Positions 24,295-37,067 are shown, numbered from the stretch's first letter. The stretch is 64,000 nucleotides of DNA from Lytechinus pictus (GCF_037042905.1 NC_087263.1:14138001-14202000), one strand, 5' to 3'. Notes: a model not told the origin generated them from the letters alone. Made by a program: numbers and translations.

Positions 24295-24830
24295 TTTTAC
24301 GAAGAATTTCAGTCCACCCCCCCCCCCCTGAGGCCCATCAGTCCCCCTTCAGATTTGACATATTCTTTTTTTTTATTGAATCAGGAAAGTCATGTCATAC
24401 AAAAGCAGTTATGAGTGATTAGAACGATTAGAGACAAAATTAGACATAAATCAAAGGAAAAAAGAAAAATATATAACATTTGTATATATACTGCTAAATC
24501 GTTCTGACAGAGAAAATTCATTTTCTTTTTCTTGTCTTGCACACCAGGGGGGATGTTTCAGAAAGATTTGAGTGTGACTTGCACTTAAATGCCGGCATGT
24601 ACACGATATGAAACGTGCAATCTTATAGATCAATACGCAGTAGTGTGCGTCCTCTTTGGATGATCTGACCAATGCGGCCATGCCTTTCATAACCAACGCG
24701 ACTAGGCATTTAAGTCATTAAAGTCATACTTAAATCTTTGTGAAACACCCCCCTGATCATAATTTTTTTCATATTGCATGGCTATTTTTGATGGTTTATC
24801 TACTTCTCCCATCACAATCTCTTCCTCCAG

Positions 24831-25009
24831 CTGGCAGACATTAGTGGAATCCCCGTGGAGAGCATCGAGTTTGCCAAGGGTCGGGGGACGTTCCCCTGCG
24901 AGATCTCCCTCCTAGAGATGAATACAGACTTGGAATGGGAGCCTAGGGTCACTGCACTTAATACGTGGCCTCTCTACATCACAGATGATGGGACCGTCAT
25001 TTACTACAG
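24831..25009 (+). CDS. USP47: USP47 coding exon 23
   Basis: [60 protein letters not shown]. tccag acceptor, gtgaaa donor. Confidence 0.96.
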
Positions 25010-25412
25010 GTGAAAATTCCTCATTTGATCATGTATATTCAAATACAGTGGTTAAAATTACAAAGGTCTTGTTCTGACCCTTAGTGTACATAACATGAAG
25101 CTGATAAAGAGCAGTTTACAAAGTATTGAATAGTACAACAATCGCCCAGAACAGTCTCTGAGCTTCATGTTAATGACCCCATCTCCAAACTTGTATTAGT
25201 TGTTGTTTGGGTATTTCTTCTAAAATAAAATCTCTGCCCCTCCCCTTTCCACATATTTTTTACTTGTTCCCTGAAGTGCCTGTTTTCTTGTACATATTCA
25301 GTTCCTGAAGATGATCTCAAATAAAGATCAATTTGAACTCTCCTCATGAATCTACTGGGAGTATTACATGTATTTCTATCACTTTACTTAATGTTATGTG
25401 GTATTAATGGAT

Positions 25413-25860
25413 TTTTTTATACGCCCGTCTAGAGGGGACGTATTATGGTATCAAGCTCGGTGTCCGTCTGTCTGTCCGTCCGTCCGTTAACTTTTCCTTG
25501 TAAACGCGATAACTTCAGTTTAACTTAACCTAGGCTCAAATAATTTGGTGTGTATGATACTAGCCTGGATCCCAGGATGCCTATTGATTTTGAGGTCAAA
25601 AGATCAAGGTCACAGTGACATGTTTTCATCTTACCCTTCTGAAGTCCGTGTAAACACAATAACTTTAGTTTTACTTAACCTATAGACTCATATAATTTGG
25701 TGTGTATGATTCTAGCATAGATCCCAGAAATTCTATTGATTTTGAGGTCAGACAGTCGAAGGTGAAGTCGCCACCTTCTACTTTTCTTGCTTGACCAATA
25801 ACTCCATTTTCTGCGTTACAGGCGGGCGTATTATGTGCTCGCCTTAGCGACACTCTTGTT
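25413..25860 (+). mobile_element. Helentron-associated (HINE/DINE-1/Tsp-like) non-autonomous element
   Basis: T-rich start, subterminal IR atacgcccg.ct / aggcgggcgtat, (GTCC/GTCT)n microsatellite, two tandem ~135-bp core units, 3' hairpin then cttgtt. Confidence 0.7.
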
Positions 25861-25940
25861 CTGACTTGATTTAGTTACTTGACAAGTTTGACTTTAGTTC
25901 CAAGATTGAATTGTGTATTGATTTGTTTTTTTTTTATCAG

Positions 25941-26012
25941 AGACAATCGGGAGGAGCTGAAAGAGCTACAAGAAGATGAGAAAAGAGAGATACAGAAGAA
26001 AGAAAATGCAAG
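25941..26012 (+). CDS. USP47: USP47 coding exon 24
   Basis: DNREELKELQEDEKREIQKKENAR. atcag acceptor, gtatgc donor. Confidence 0.94.
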
Positions 26013-26159
26013 GTATGCAGTCATGTAGATTAATGTCATGTTGATTCATTATTTTGTCATCCTCCTCGTCCTCCTCCCCTCCCCCTCCCCCTCGTCCTCC
26101 TCCTTCCCCTCCCCCTCTTCTCTACCATCATCACTTCCATAATCATCTTCACCATTGTA

Positions 26160-26515
26160 GAGTGAAGTTGACTCAGTTGGTAAAGCGTCTGCCTGTAGAA
26201 CCAAAGGTCATGGGTTCGAGTCCACCCTGGGTGGATGACTGAAGCCTGCGTTGTGTGTAAACATCTCTCCCCTGCAGGCTAGGTTACTGTGGGAAATACT
26301 CCGTCCCTTGGATAAGACATTAAATGGGGTCAACAACCACCTTTGCATTTTAAGAACCCACCGCACTTTTCATATAAACAGAGTAGGGGGGAAACCCTGG
26401 TGTAGTGGTCCACCTGCACTCCACATCAGTTATATTGGGAGGAAAGACCTGCAGGTCATAGTTCGCTTGTCGCCTCCCATGCACATGTGACGCCAAATAA
26501 ATAATAATGATAATT
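26160..26515 (+). mobile_element. tRNA-derived SINE (second family)
   Basis: tgactcagttggtaaagcg...gggttcgagtcc head, unrelated body, aataaataataat tail. Confidence 0.75.
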
Positions 26516-26516
26516 T

Positions 26517-26792
26517 ATGTCATCATCATCACAATTATCGGCAGCAGCAGCAACACATCTTCATTATCACCATCATCACCATCATCATCACCATAATCAT
26601 CATAATCATCATCGTCATTATCACCATCATCACCATCATCATCTCCGCATCATTATCATCACCATCATCATCGTCATTATCATCACCATCATCATCATCG
26701 TCATTATCATCACCATTATCATTGTCATCATGATCATCATCTTCATCATCTTCATCATCTTCATCATCATTATTATCATCGTCATCATCATC

Positions 26793-26823
<31 letters not shown>

Positions 26824-27039
26824 CCATCATCTTCATCATTATCTTCTCATCATCACCATCATCACCACCATCATCATCATCAATATCATCATCTTTATCA
26901 TTTTCATCATCATCTTCATCATCTTCATCATCATCACCATCATCATTATCATCATCATGGTCATCATCATTTTCATCATCATCATCATTACCATCATCAT
27001 CATCGTCATGATAATCATCACTTCTGCCATCATCATCAT
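26517..27039 (+). repeat. Imperfect (CAT/CAC)n microsatellite, left part
   Basis: Directly visible. Confidence 0.97.
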
Positions 27040-27831
27040 TAGGGACAGTGATTTTCCGTTTCCAAAAATTGCCTTTTCCGTTTCAGAAAATCTCAAATTC
27101 CGTTTCAGCATGTCAGAAAACGGAAATTCCGTTTCCCCATAGACTTTGTACACACGGAAAAGTGACAATTCCGTTTACACATTGAATAGCAAAATCACAA
27201 CACGTACACTCGCACTGGTCAAAATTTGTATCTGCTACTGTACCAACAACACAATAGAATCCGTTCTAATCGGATCTATGCGGGTGCATGAAATATTTTT
27301 ACAAACCCATTTAGCATGCATACATCCTCACCTTTCACATTATTAGCATTATTTCACGGTGAAATGATATTTCATCGATAATTTGGGGTTTTTTTGGACA
27401 TCGATATCATCAGTCAACGGCTTTAGCCAATCCGCCATCTTGGATTTTAAGACCACGATATCGTTCTGTTACATCTTCAAACATAGAGGGCAGCAACACA
27501 CGACCGTGTAGTTGAACGATATGTGTGCATGTGAAGCCCAACCCGGCCGGCCGGGTACGGGTGCGGCGCGGGGTACAATCGAGTGTGCTGATGTCGAGTG
27601 CAGTCACGATGTGTGAATTGTCATGATAGTAGCGAAGTGAGATCGTGTTTTGTGGCCATTTAATATTCTCATTTTGTTGTGATTTTGGAGTAATTTCTGT
27701 TGCTATTCTGTGTATTTTGAGGGAAAATACATTTTCCATGATTTTCCGTTTGAAATGCCACTTTCCGTTTCAAAAGGCCCTTTCCGTGAATTCCGTCCGT
27801 TTTCCGTGATCGCGGAAAATCACTGTCCCTA
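27040..27831. mobile_element. hAT-like non-autonomous transposon inserted in a (CAT)n tract
   Basis: Perfect 19-bp TIR TAGGGACAGTGATTTTCCG / CGGAAAATCACTGTCCCTA, with subterminal TTCCGT repeats. Confidence 0.88.
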
Positions 27832-28060
27832 CATCATCACCATCATCACCAACATCATCATCATCTTCATCCTCATCATCACCATTATCATCATCATGGT
27901 CATCATTTTCATCATCATTACCATCATCATCATTATCATCATCATCACCATCATCATCACCATCATCACCAACATCATCACCATCATCGCCAATACACCT
28001 CCATAACCACTACCACCACAAGAACACTGCCCACCACCACCACCAACAACATCATCAAGA
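27832..28060 (+). repeat. Imperfect (CAT/CAC)n microsatellite, right part
   Basis: Directly visible; continues the tract after the hAT-like insertion. Confidence 0.95.
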
Positions 28061-28163
28061 TTATCTTTCAATATCTGCAAATCATCTTTGTTACTTTCTA
28101 TTAGTATCCATATCATTTATCTCACCAGCCCTCTGTTAAATAATCTTCTTTCTTTGCATTTAG

Positions 28164-28263
28164 GTTATCCAAGACTGGTCAGAAGGTGACCTATTCGCCT
28201 CGGAAGGAGAGAGCGCTGAAGATCTACACGGATAGCCCTCCCCCATACAGTGCAATCAACTAA
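28164..28263 (+). CDS. USP47: USP47 terminal coding exon 25
   Basis: [32 protein letters not shown] (cf. vertebrate [21 protein letters not shown]). tttag acceptor, TAA at 28261-28263. Confidence 0.95.
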
Positions 28264-29512
28264 CACCACAGTCTTACACCATAGGTAACACAGTATTTTA
28301 ACACTGATTAGCAAGGAGAGAGCGCTGAAGATCTACACCGATAGCCCTCCCCATACAGTGCAATCAACTAAAACCACAGTCTTACAAACACCATATGTAA
28401 CACCTAATATTTTAACACTGATTTGCAAGATCATGCCAGATGGTGATGAAGCATGATAATATTGTACTTTAGCGCCATAATTAACACGAATTAAGGAGTA
28501 AGATTATACCAGGGAGTGATGAAACCAGGTTTAGTCCTTAAATGTTATGCCACAGAGAGTACCTGATGAAGTGATAATTTATAGAACGACATCTCTTTTT
28601 GATTACCCTAAAACAATTCGTTCAAAACACTGTAAAAGAAGAATACCCACAAGCAAAATGTGGGCAGGGTCATTGTCGTCATGATAATTTTATTTTATTT
28701 GTCAAATTTCTGTGTGAGCTCTATATATCGCAATGACGGATGACACGTTGGGTTCGGGGAATGCATGTGCTCAGCCGCGCGACCCGCTGAGCATCTCTAG
28801 TTAAGATTGTACCAGGTACATTTAGCATTGACACCTGTATACACATGTATGTTATGCCATAGAAAGTACCTGATACTGTGGTAATTTCTAGTATGACATC
28901 TCTGAATTTTCCCCAAACCTGAAGTTCAAAACACTACGAAAGAAGAGTGCATTGATTTATACACCATGTTAGCGAGATAAAAACCAGGGTTGGTATTCTG
29001 AAAACATTCTTACATGTATCTTACTGAGATAGGAAGACGCTAAAAACATTGCACATCGATATTCTGAAAATCTTCTTAACACATTTTTATCTCTATTAGG
29101 ACTGCCCTTTTCTCATCTTCAACACGCCCATTTTTTAGATATTACCAACCAAAATACACTTAATCTGGGCAGTTTAACTAATAAAAAAAGTGTTCCTGAT
29201 TTCGAGAGAGTAGTGTGCCCACTGCGTGTATACTAATTACTGGGGTGATTACATGCACAAAATTTTAAATACCACATGTTCTTATCTTTGAGCTTGTGTT
29301 GGTATTATATGCGCAAGTTATAAATTTACACACCCACCATATGTGTAGGTTGTAAAGGCGGAAAGATAGCAAAAGATCGGAAAAAGAAAAAGAAAAGCGT
29401 TTTCAGAATACCGCTCGCTACAGGTAGCAATGGAACCCGCAAATGATATGCCATGGACAGTGACTGATAATTTCTAGTGTGACATCTTCAAGATACAGTA
29501 GAAATACATTAA

Positions 29513-29797
29513 GGCCTGGTCCCACTGGCTATGGACACAGAATGTACCCATAACAGATACAGCGCACAAGCAAGATTTCGGGGCGGCTCCATCCGTTTTC
29601 ATCCGCTCCAGACAATGGACGAAATGGGCGAACAATGAAATCACTGTGGACGGATGCTCGATGGATATAGAGCGTATGAAATACATGAATGTATGCAAAG
29701 AGTACACAAACGGATACATAACGTTTTCCAACAGATGGCGAGATTCTTTTCCGTTTTACATCCTCTCTGCATCTGTAAGTGCCATGGGACCAAGCCA
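29513..29797. mobile_element. Harbinger-like MITE
   Basis: ggcctggtccca / tgggaccaagcc ends, with TAA/TTA flanks. Confidence 0.6.
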
Positions 29798-32229
29798 TTA
29801 AATATTTGATTGAAAGCATTGCAAACTAAGATGGAAATTAGACCAACCCCGGCCCCCAATGACTTTGGGGCTTATTATGAAACCAACAGTAAGAGTAAAC
29901 AATGACATCACTGGCCTGCCATAGCTTAGTCCAATTTTACTGTACATGTAGCTATTGAAGGTTTCCATGGCGAAGAAAAGTTGCAACCATTCTTTGTAAT
30001 CGATACAAATAAGTTTCTTGCACTTACAGCGAAATTTGATTTGTATCATGTTGTGCCAGACTTCAAATACCAACTATTGGTTGTTTAGTCTGATACATGT
30101 TTACATGTAAATGCTTGTTTTCATTTTCCTAAAACAAACTTGTCTTAATCAATCGAACATATATACTGAGCTGCTAACTAGTACTGATTCTCAGTATTTA
30201 GTACTGGAAAATTAGAATACTGATGGTTTCATGCAAAATACTGATTCCTAAATTTTTGGTTTAAAGATAAATACCAGTTGCAGTAATAATCTCAAAATGA
30301 GTTCAAATAGAATCCATTAAAATTACCACCAAAGTGTTTGTATGGATAAATACAAAAAATACATGTACATGTATGTGCCAAATAGCTCTAGAAGGAAATG
30401 TGTAATTGCTGAGAAATGAGCAACATAAGCACAGAATTCCATCAAATGTCAGGTATTTTTCCAAGCGATTTTAATACACTGTCCCACATATGCCATTCTG
30501 TGTTATTGGTCATCAGAATTATCGTTTTTTTTTTGGCTAAGATTTCATGATTTCACATGAAATCAGCTAAGTTTACATTCATATACATATACCAGATGTA
30601 GATCAATGATAATATTGTGACCATTAACCTTTATTTAAAAGAATTTGTCATGAAATACATGTAAAAATGATGTAATCATTTGCTGCAACTACTTTCTTTT
30701 AATCGCTAGAGGGTATTCATTTGTCTCGCAATCTACTATGGTCAACAAGGAAATTTGTGATCACTCTCGCAAAAAGTGTTCACTAGCTTACAAGTTCACG
30801 AGCTTTCGAGTGCCGCTGCAACTCTTTATCAAGTTTTCTTTTACCTTCAATGTTTTAATACTGATTTTCAGATTTTAAAATACTGAAATGTCCTTCTTCG
30901 GGTTGGCAGCTCTGTGTATACAGTCAAAATGAGTAACTTGTTGAACAAAGACTTCAATTACCAACTATTGCTTGTCCAATCTGATAACATTTTTTTTTGC
31001 CCTTTGTTTTAATTTTCTCTTACCAAATGATTCAGTCGGATAAATTAAACATATATACATGTAGAGGCATAATTGGTAACTTGTAAGCAAGAATTCAATT
31101 GGTAAATATTGGTTGTTCGGTCTGATAGATGTTTACATGCATTTTGTTTCCATTCTGCTATTGAAATCAAACTTTGTATCTCAATCAGTCAAACATATAT
31201 ACATGCACTATTGGTCACCTGTTGAGCCAGACTTCAATTGTTAAATATTGTTCATCAGATCAATTCATGTTTGTATACCCTTGTTTTAACTTTCACTTGG
31301 CAAACTCATTCCGATCAAGCAAACAGAAATACTTGTTGAACAAGTACTCAATTGCTAAATATTGATTGTTCAGATCAATACATGCTTGTATACCCTTCTT
31401 TTAATTTTCCCCAAGCAAACTCAGTCTAATCAATGAAAATTAATATAGGCAGGTGTTTTTTGCCTCAGGATATTGATATGATATTGCATGGCTCAGAAGG
31501 AGATATCAGAAATATTTCAATAGTTAGGCCAATATTGCACAAATCAAAGATGAGTGCAAAATTGAATATGTCTTGTATTCCATGAAGCAAATCCACTATC
31601 TACCCCCCCCCCCCCCCAGAATTAAGGTAGTTGAGCAAATCATGTCACCTTGTTAAATGTTGAAAGGTCTGGCTTGCATAGTGTTATTTTCCATATGCTT
31701 ATTGCCCTTTGTCATTTTGCTTTTTACATATTTATTCCATTAGATTTATTCCATTATTCAGCTGAAAATGTGTTGCCAAGATTTTTTTTTTTTTTAATCT
31801 CATTTTTAAAATTTGCTATGTTCAGTTCATATTTTTCACTGTCTCGGTTCCTATTTCAGTCTTCACAAACCACTTTTGGTTCTAATATGTTCCAATATTT
31901 TGTTTGATCCATTACCATTACAATTATGTGTGTATCATTCATTATACTTCATTCCATTTACAATCAAAAGCAGCTTAATCAAGACGCGCATCTTATTTCC
32001 CCTGGTGTTATAAGCTACTGTAATCCATGCATCTGATTGGTGTAGAGGAACTTACTCGGTGAAAATCTTTGACAAAACTCTCCATGAAATCTTCCCCTGA
32101 CCTTTGACTGTTGGACATGAACATAGGGTCAAAGGTCACGTCATGACGTGAATGTGAAAAATCAAACAAAAGTCTGGATGAATCTATTAGTTCTCTCATC
32201 GTGAGTGATTGAATTAGATACTGCTCCTC

Positions 32230-32570
32230 CAGGGTTCACAAAGTCATGGAAAATCCTGGAAAAATTTGTGGTCATGGAAAGTCAGGAAAAGATCAGGGAA
32301 TAAGAAAAATTTGTGAAAAGTCATGGAATTGCATTTACCTCTTGGCTATGGCAGCTTTCCAGTTTGTCGTGTCTCGCAACTCTCATACTCTGATCATACT
32401 CTGCTATTTTAATTGGTGTTCATGATTTCCATTTTTCCCAGTTTTGTGACATCCCAAATTCTACATAACTCCTGGGATGTCATGGGAAGACATGAAAAGC
32501 AACAATTTAGTCATGGAAAAGTCATGGAAAAGTCATGGAATTCTGTTTTCAAATATTTGTGGGAACCCTG
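32230..32570. mobile_element. hAT-like MITE, family of 10723-11037
   Basis: cagggttcaca / tgtgggaaccctg termini, gtcatggaaa repeats. Confidence 0.75.
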
Positions 32571-33039
32571 ACCTCCCTCAAAGAATATAAATACATGCAG
32601 ATAAATGAATAAATTATTAATCAATCAGTATAAATAAAATGAAATTGTTATTGATATAGTGTTCTTTCAAGTCTCAGAAATGAATATATTTCACTTGGTG
32701 TTTTCACAAATTTAACAAACATGCCTGTGTGCCAATAGTTTTTTTTTTTTTAAGAATTGTAACCTAACCTAAAATACTAATGGTTTCATTTCCTGGTCAT
32801 TATGCCAATGATTTCAATCCGCTTATTTCTGTATGTATTTCTTTTTAGTTGATGTGTTCAATATGTTCCGTAGTATATGAGAGGTTCTTATGAAATAGAT
32901 AAATAGTAAGTGATCATATGTTCAGTTGGTGCAATGCTACATGTATTTTACTAAAAAAAAAGATATGTATGAATAAACTTGGTATGTAAATGATAATGTA
33001 ATTTGATGTTCATTATTGTTATTTTCACTCTTCATAGAT

Positions 33040-33575
33040 TTATTATTTTCACTCTTTGAAGACTGTATTTTGTTCTTTAATAACTGCATTGTGTTCTTTG
33101 GAGACTGTGTGTAATTCTTTGAAGACTATTATGGTTTTTAAAGACTGTATTGTGTTCTATGAAGACTGTATTTTATTCCTTGAAGATTTTATTACGTTCT
33201 TTAAAGACTTGTATCGTGTTCTATGAAGACTGTATTTTATTATTTGACAGTTGTATTTCATTCTTCAAAGATTGTGTTTAAGAATGTTTCCATTTCATTC
33301 TATGGAGACTAATTCTCTCTTTAAAGGCTGGATTTCAATTTTTGAAGAATTTATTTCACTCTTTGAAGACTCATGACTGTATTTAACTCTTTGAAGGTTG
33401 TATTTCATTCTTCAAAGATTATATTTGAGACTGTTTTCATTTCATTCTATGGAGACTGATTCACTCTTTAAAGACTGGATTTTAATCTTTAAAAAAATTA
33501 CATCACTCTGTGAAGACTATTGACTCTTTAAAGACTGTATTTCATTCTTTGAAGAATGTATAATTCACTCTTAGT
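33040..33575 (+). repeat. Degenerate ~22-bp minisatellite (ctttgaagactgtatttca.t); short outlier at about 37222-37305
   Basis: Repeated gaagactgtat units. Confidence 0.85.
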
Positions 33576-33771
33576 CTTCCCCAGTGGTTTACTTGGCCAC
33601 TAGTCTTTCTGAAATCGTTGTTTTTTCCCCCTTCATTTCAAGCAAAGCAAATTTAAATTTTCTCACTTTTTAGCTTCCGTTTTGCTTTATCATTTAGCAT
33701 TTATAAGAACATGTCCAGTAATCCCTAAAGTCATGCATAACTGTATGTAGAGCTTCATGAAACTGGACATC

Positions 33772-34089
33772 CCAGGGGGCCGTTTCATTAAGCTGTTTGT
33801 ATGTTAGGAGCGACTTTAAGAACGACTGGTCCTTTCTTACGCCAATGAATATACCATTTACTACAAGAAAGGATCACCAGTCGCTCTTAACTTACGAACA
33901 GGTTTATGAAACACCCACCAGGGGGCCGTTTCATAAAGCTGTTCGTAAGTTACATGTAAGAGCGACTTTAAGAACGACTGGTGATCCTTTCTTACGCGTT
34001 AAACAATCGCCAATGAACATACCATTTACTACAAGAAAGGATCACCAGTCGCTCTTAACTTACGAACAGGTTTATGAAACACCCACCAG
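33772..34089. mobile_element. Tandem pair of short GGGCCGTTTCATAAAG-type MITEs (relatives at about 2131-2301, 18328-18489, 24545-24755, 52610-52775, 60905-61020)
   Basis: Two head-to-tail ~150-170-bp units with gggggccgtttcat / atgaaacaccca ends. Confidence 0.75.
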
Positions 34090-36101
34090 GAGCAGCTGTT
34101 GCCAGGCATATCTGGTTATGCTAGACCATAATGATGAATGTGTTAGGAATTCTATCACTTTTCGTGAACTATATGTAAAGGTTGAACAATCATGTTACTC
34201 TTTTCTTAGAATTAAATTTAAATATAAAGTAAACTAAGCAGAATTTGATACATTATGCATTTTAAGTATTTTTAACAACACTTTTTTTATTTTTAATTCT
34301 TCTGTTTTCTTGAAATAGGATTTGAAATCAACATGTATGACGGGTTATATGAAATGTGAAACAACGACATAAAAAAACTAAAAATAATTCATTTTCTTTT
34401 CTTGTATACTTTTAAGAAAAAATGACAGACATTACATTTAAGGTGTTAAAAAATGGAAGAAAGTCTATGGTAATTAACAAATGGAAGCATTTTCCTATTT
34501 TATGACATTCAGCGCATTTCAGCAGTTACATCTATTTAGGAGTCTAATGTATACATGCACTGTACTTGATATTAACAAAAAAGTGATTTAATTGATTATA
34601 ACATGCATTTCATTCAAATTTAAAAGAAATTTTAATTTTGACTCTCATTTTCTATTTTTATTCACTTTCAATTTAATCAATTATATCCACATGTACTTTT
34701 TGTAGTGCAATCAGTGCATGTTTGACTCTGTAAAGAAATGCCACACCATTTCCAGAGCATTGTGATGATGCTCCTGAAGAAAAGCTGTTTAGTTTTAGTT
34801 GATCATTACTTGTGATGAAAACGACTAAATCCAATAAAATCGCTCTGTAAGAATGATAATGGGGAACTTTTCATTAACATATTGCTACTATCATTCATTC
34901 TGACTGATGTTTTATCCATATTTATTTTTGGCAAAAAGAAGCTGCTGAAAACTGCTTATCTAATAAAAGAGAGCCAATGGAGTAAATTAGAAAGTCAAAA
35001 AGGGGCCTAAGCTTTCGATCCTAGCAGAATCTAGTCTGAAAATGAAATAGAAAAATTGACTGCTGTTTACTATTTGAGGAATGAAGGAAGGATGATTTTG
35101 ACCATACTGATATGAAAGTTTTGTACCTTTTTTGCAGTTGTGTGGAGGCATGAACTGAACACTATTATGAATCGAACCACCTAAGGTTGTACATGTCTAA
35201 TACTAAATAAGAATTTTCCATGATATGTTTAACTCAATGCAATTGTGCATGCTGCATAATACGAAGAAGAAAAAAAACTCCTGGTGTGCATAAGTCAACA
35301 TTATTCCATTGCATGTCTATCTCAGTTTGACAGGTTCATTCAGACTGTAGGTGTATACCATAAATTCCTGTTTTCGCATGCACGTTTCATATGACTGATT
35401 ACTATATTGGATGTGTGTGATTGTTTATCGAAGCTGTCCTCAAATTAATGACAACTTTTGATACATGAAGAGACGAGTTCATGCAATGTTATTAGTGAAT
35501 ATTTGACCATGTACATGAAGTAAAGAATTATTTTTCATAGAATATGAAATTTTGTAAAGGTAAAAAAAAAGCTGCAAGACAAGATAAACATTTGAGATAT
35601 GATTGTTTATTGAATACAAATAGGTACAGGAATGCCCTACAAATAGGTACAGGAATGCCCTTACATGTATATGTTTAGAAAGTAATATATTTGTGTAAAT
35701 GTACATGTAGCTTGAGTCTGTTGAGTTGTACATGTATTTCAAATCACTAGCCATCCAGTTCTTAATATTGTTATTAAAGGAAAGTAAAAAGGCTGGTATC
35801 TTGTTAAAATTGCAAAGAAAGATTGGCAATATAATGCAGGTACTCCTTTCCTCAAATTTGGTCCCTGAATTTTATATGGATTTTTTCCACACAACTCAAT
35901 GATGACATGTCGAATGCACTGGAAGAATCAGTTTTTTTTTTCATTTTTGTGAGAAAATGTAATTTTTTATAAAACAACTACTGTGATTGATTATGGATTT
36001 GAAATCTACATACAAGTATGGCAAAGTATTGACAGAAGATAATGCATGAAGATTGGAAAATTGACCATGAGTATAAGCACACTTTTGATTTTAACATTTA
36101 A

Positions 36102-36477
36102 AGGCATATGCTAACGTTGTAGACATGTAATTTAAAAAATATCAAAGGAGAGATGAAATATGTACATGAATGCCTTTCTGTCAACCTAAAAACTCTAAAA
36201 CAACAAAAATCGAAAGAAATCCTTTCGATATACGTTATAATTGAAGGTTTTGTGTAATTTCTATCGTGCCGATAATAATAGAACGCACAAGTGTATGGAT
36301 GAAATTAAGATGGTATTTCCGGTCACTTTATATTTCACTTTTTTGAAGCACTTAATAATGATTTTCGGACGCGATTTTTTCTGGGCTTCATTTTTGTAAC
36401 ATATCACAGGTGCAGGTGACAAGTGGGACCTCGCAGCTCAGATTTTTTAAAAGTCAAATCAATGTTAGCAAATACCT
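36102..36477. mobile_element. Kolobok-like MITE with TTAA TSD
   Basis: TTAA|AGGCATATGCTAAC ... GTTAGCAAATACCT|TTAA. Confidence 0.7.
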
Positions 36478-36751
36478 TTAATGTAAGATTGATTTTAACG
36501 TTGATTATACGATTGATTTCAAGCTGTGATCATTGGCTTGTATGACACCGCCGTTCTGTAACACTGGAACCTTTTCCAAGCTTCGTTCTTTGAGGTGATG
36601 TTGTTACAATGCTTCACAACATTCAATCTTTCCATTTAAACACACGCAGAGAACTATACACTAAAACAAAATGAACACTGCAGCATTTATTTTACATTTC
36701 TTTTTAAAGTAAATGCATTTCTTTAAAAAAAAAATACAAGTTAATCTCTTC

Positions 36752-37067
36752 GGCCCGTATTCTTAAGTCGGGTTTAACTTAAACTCAGGTTTAAAGTTGT
36801 GGTTTAAGTATGGCGAGCCAATTGTTACATAAATCACTAACAGTAGAGATATCATACATGTACTCCAGCTCATTTGGCTCTCAAATCATTCATAATTGTC
36901 TAGGAAGAATAAAAAGATTATTGGCTTCACCATCGATGAAACAGGAAAGAGCACAGTAAACATAAGAAACATACAACTTAATAACAAATTTGATACTTTT
37001 GGCTTCCCATACTTAAACCACAACTTTAAACCTGAGTTTAACTTAAACTCGACTTTAGAATACGGCC
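36752..37067. mobile_element. MITE, copy 1 (copy 2 at 37820-38127)
   Basis: ~60-bp TIRs ggcccgtattct.aagtcgggtttaacttaaactcaggtttaaagttgtggtttaagtatgg. Confidence 0.85.

Noticed and set aside
33797..34237. 146-aa ORF with an internal repeat
   Set aside because: Reads through two tandem MITE copies.
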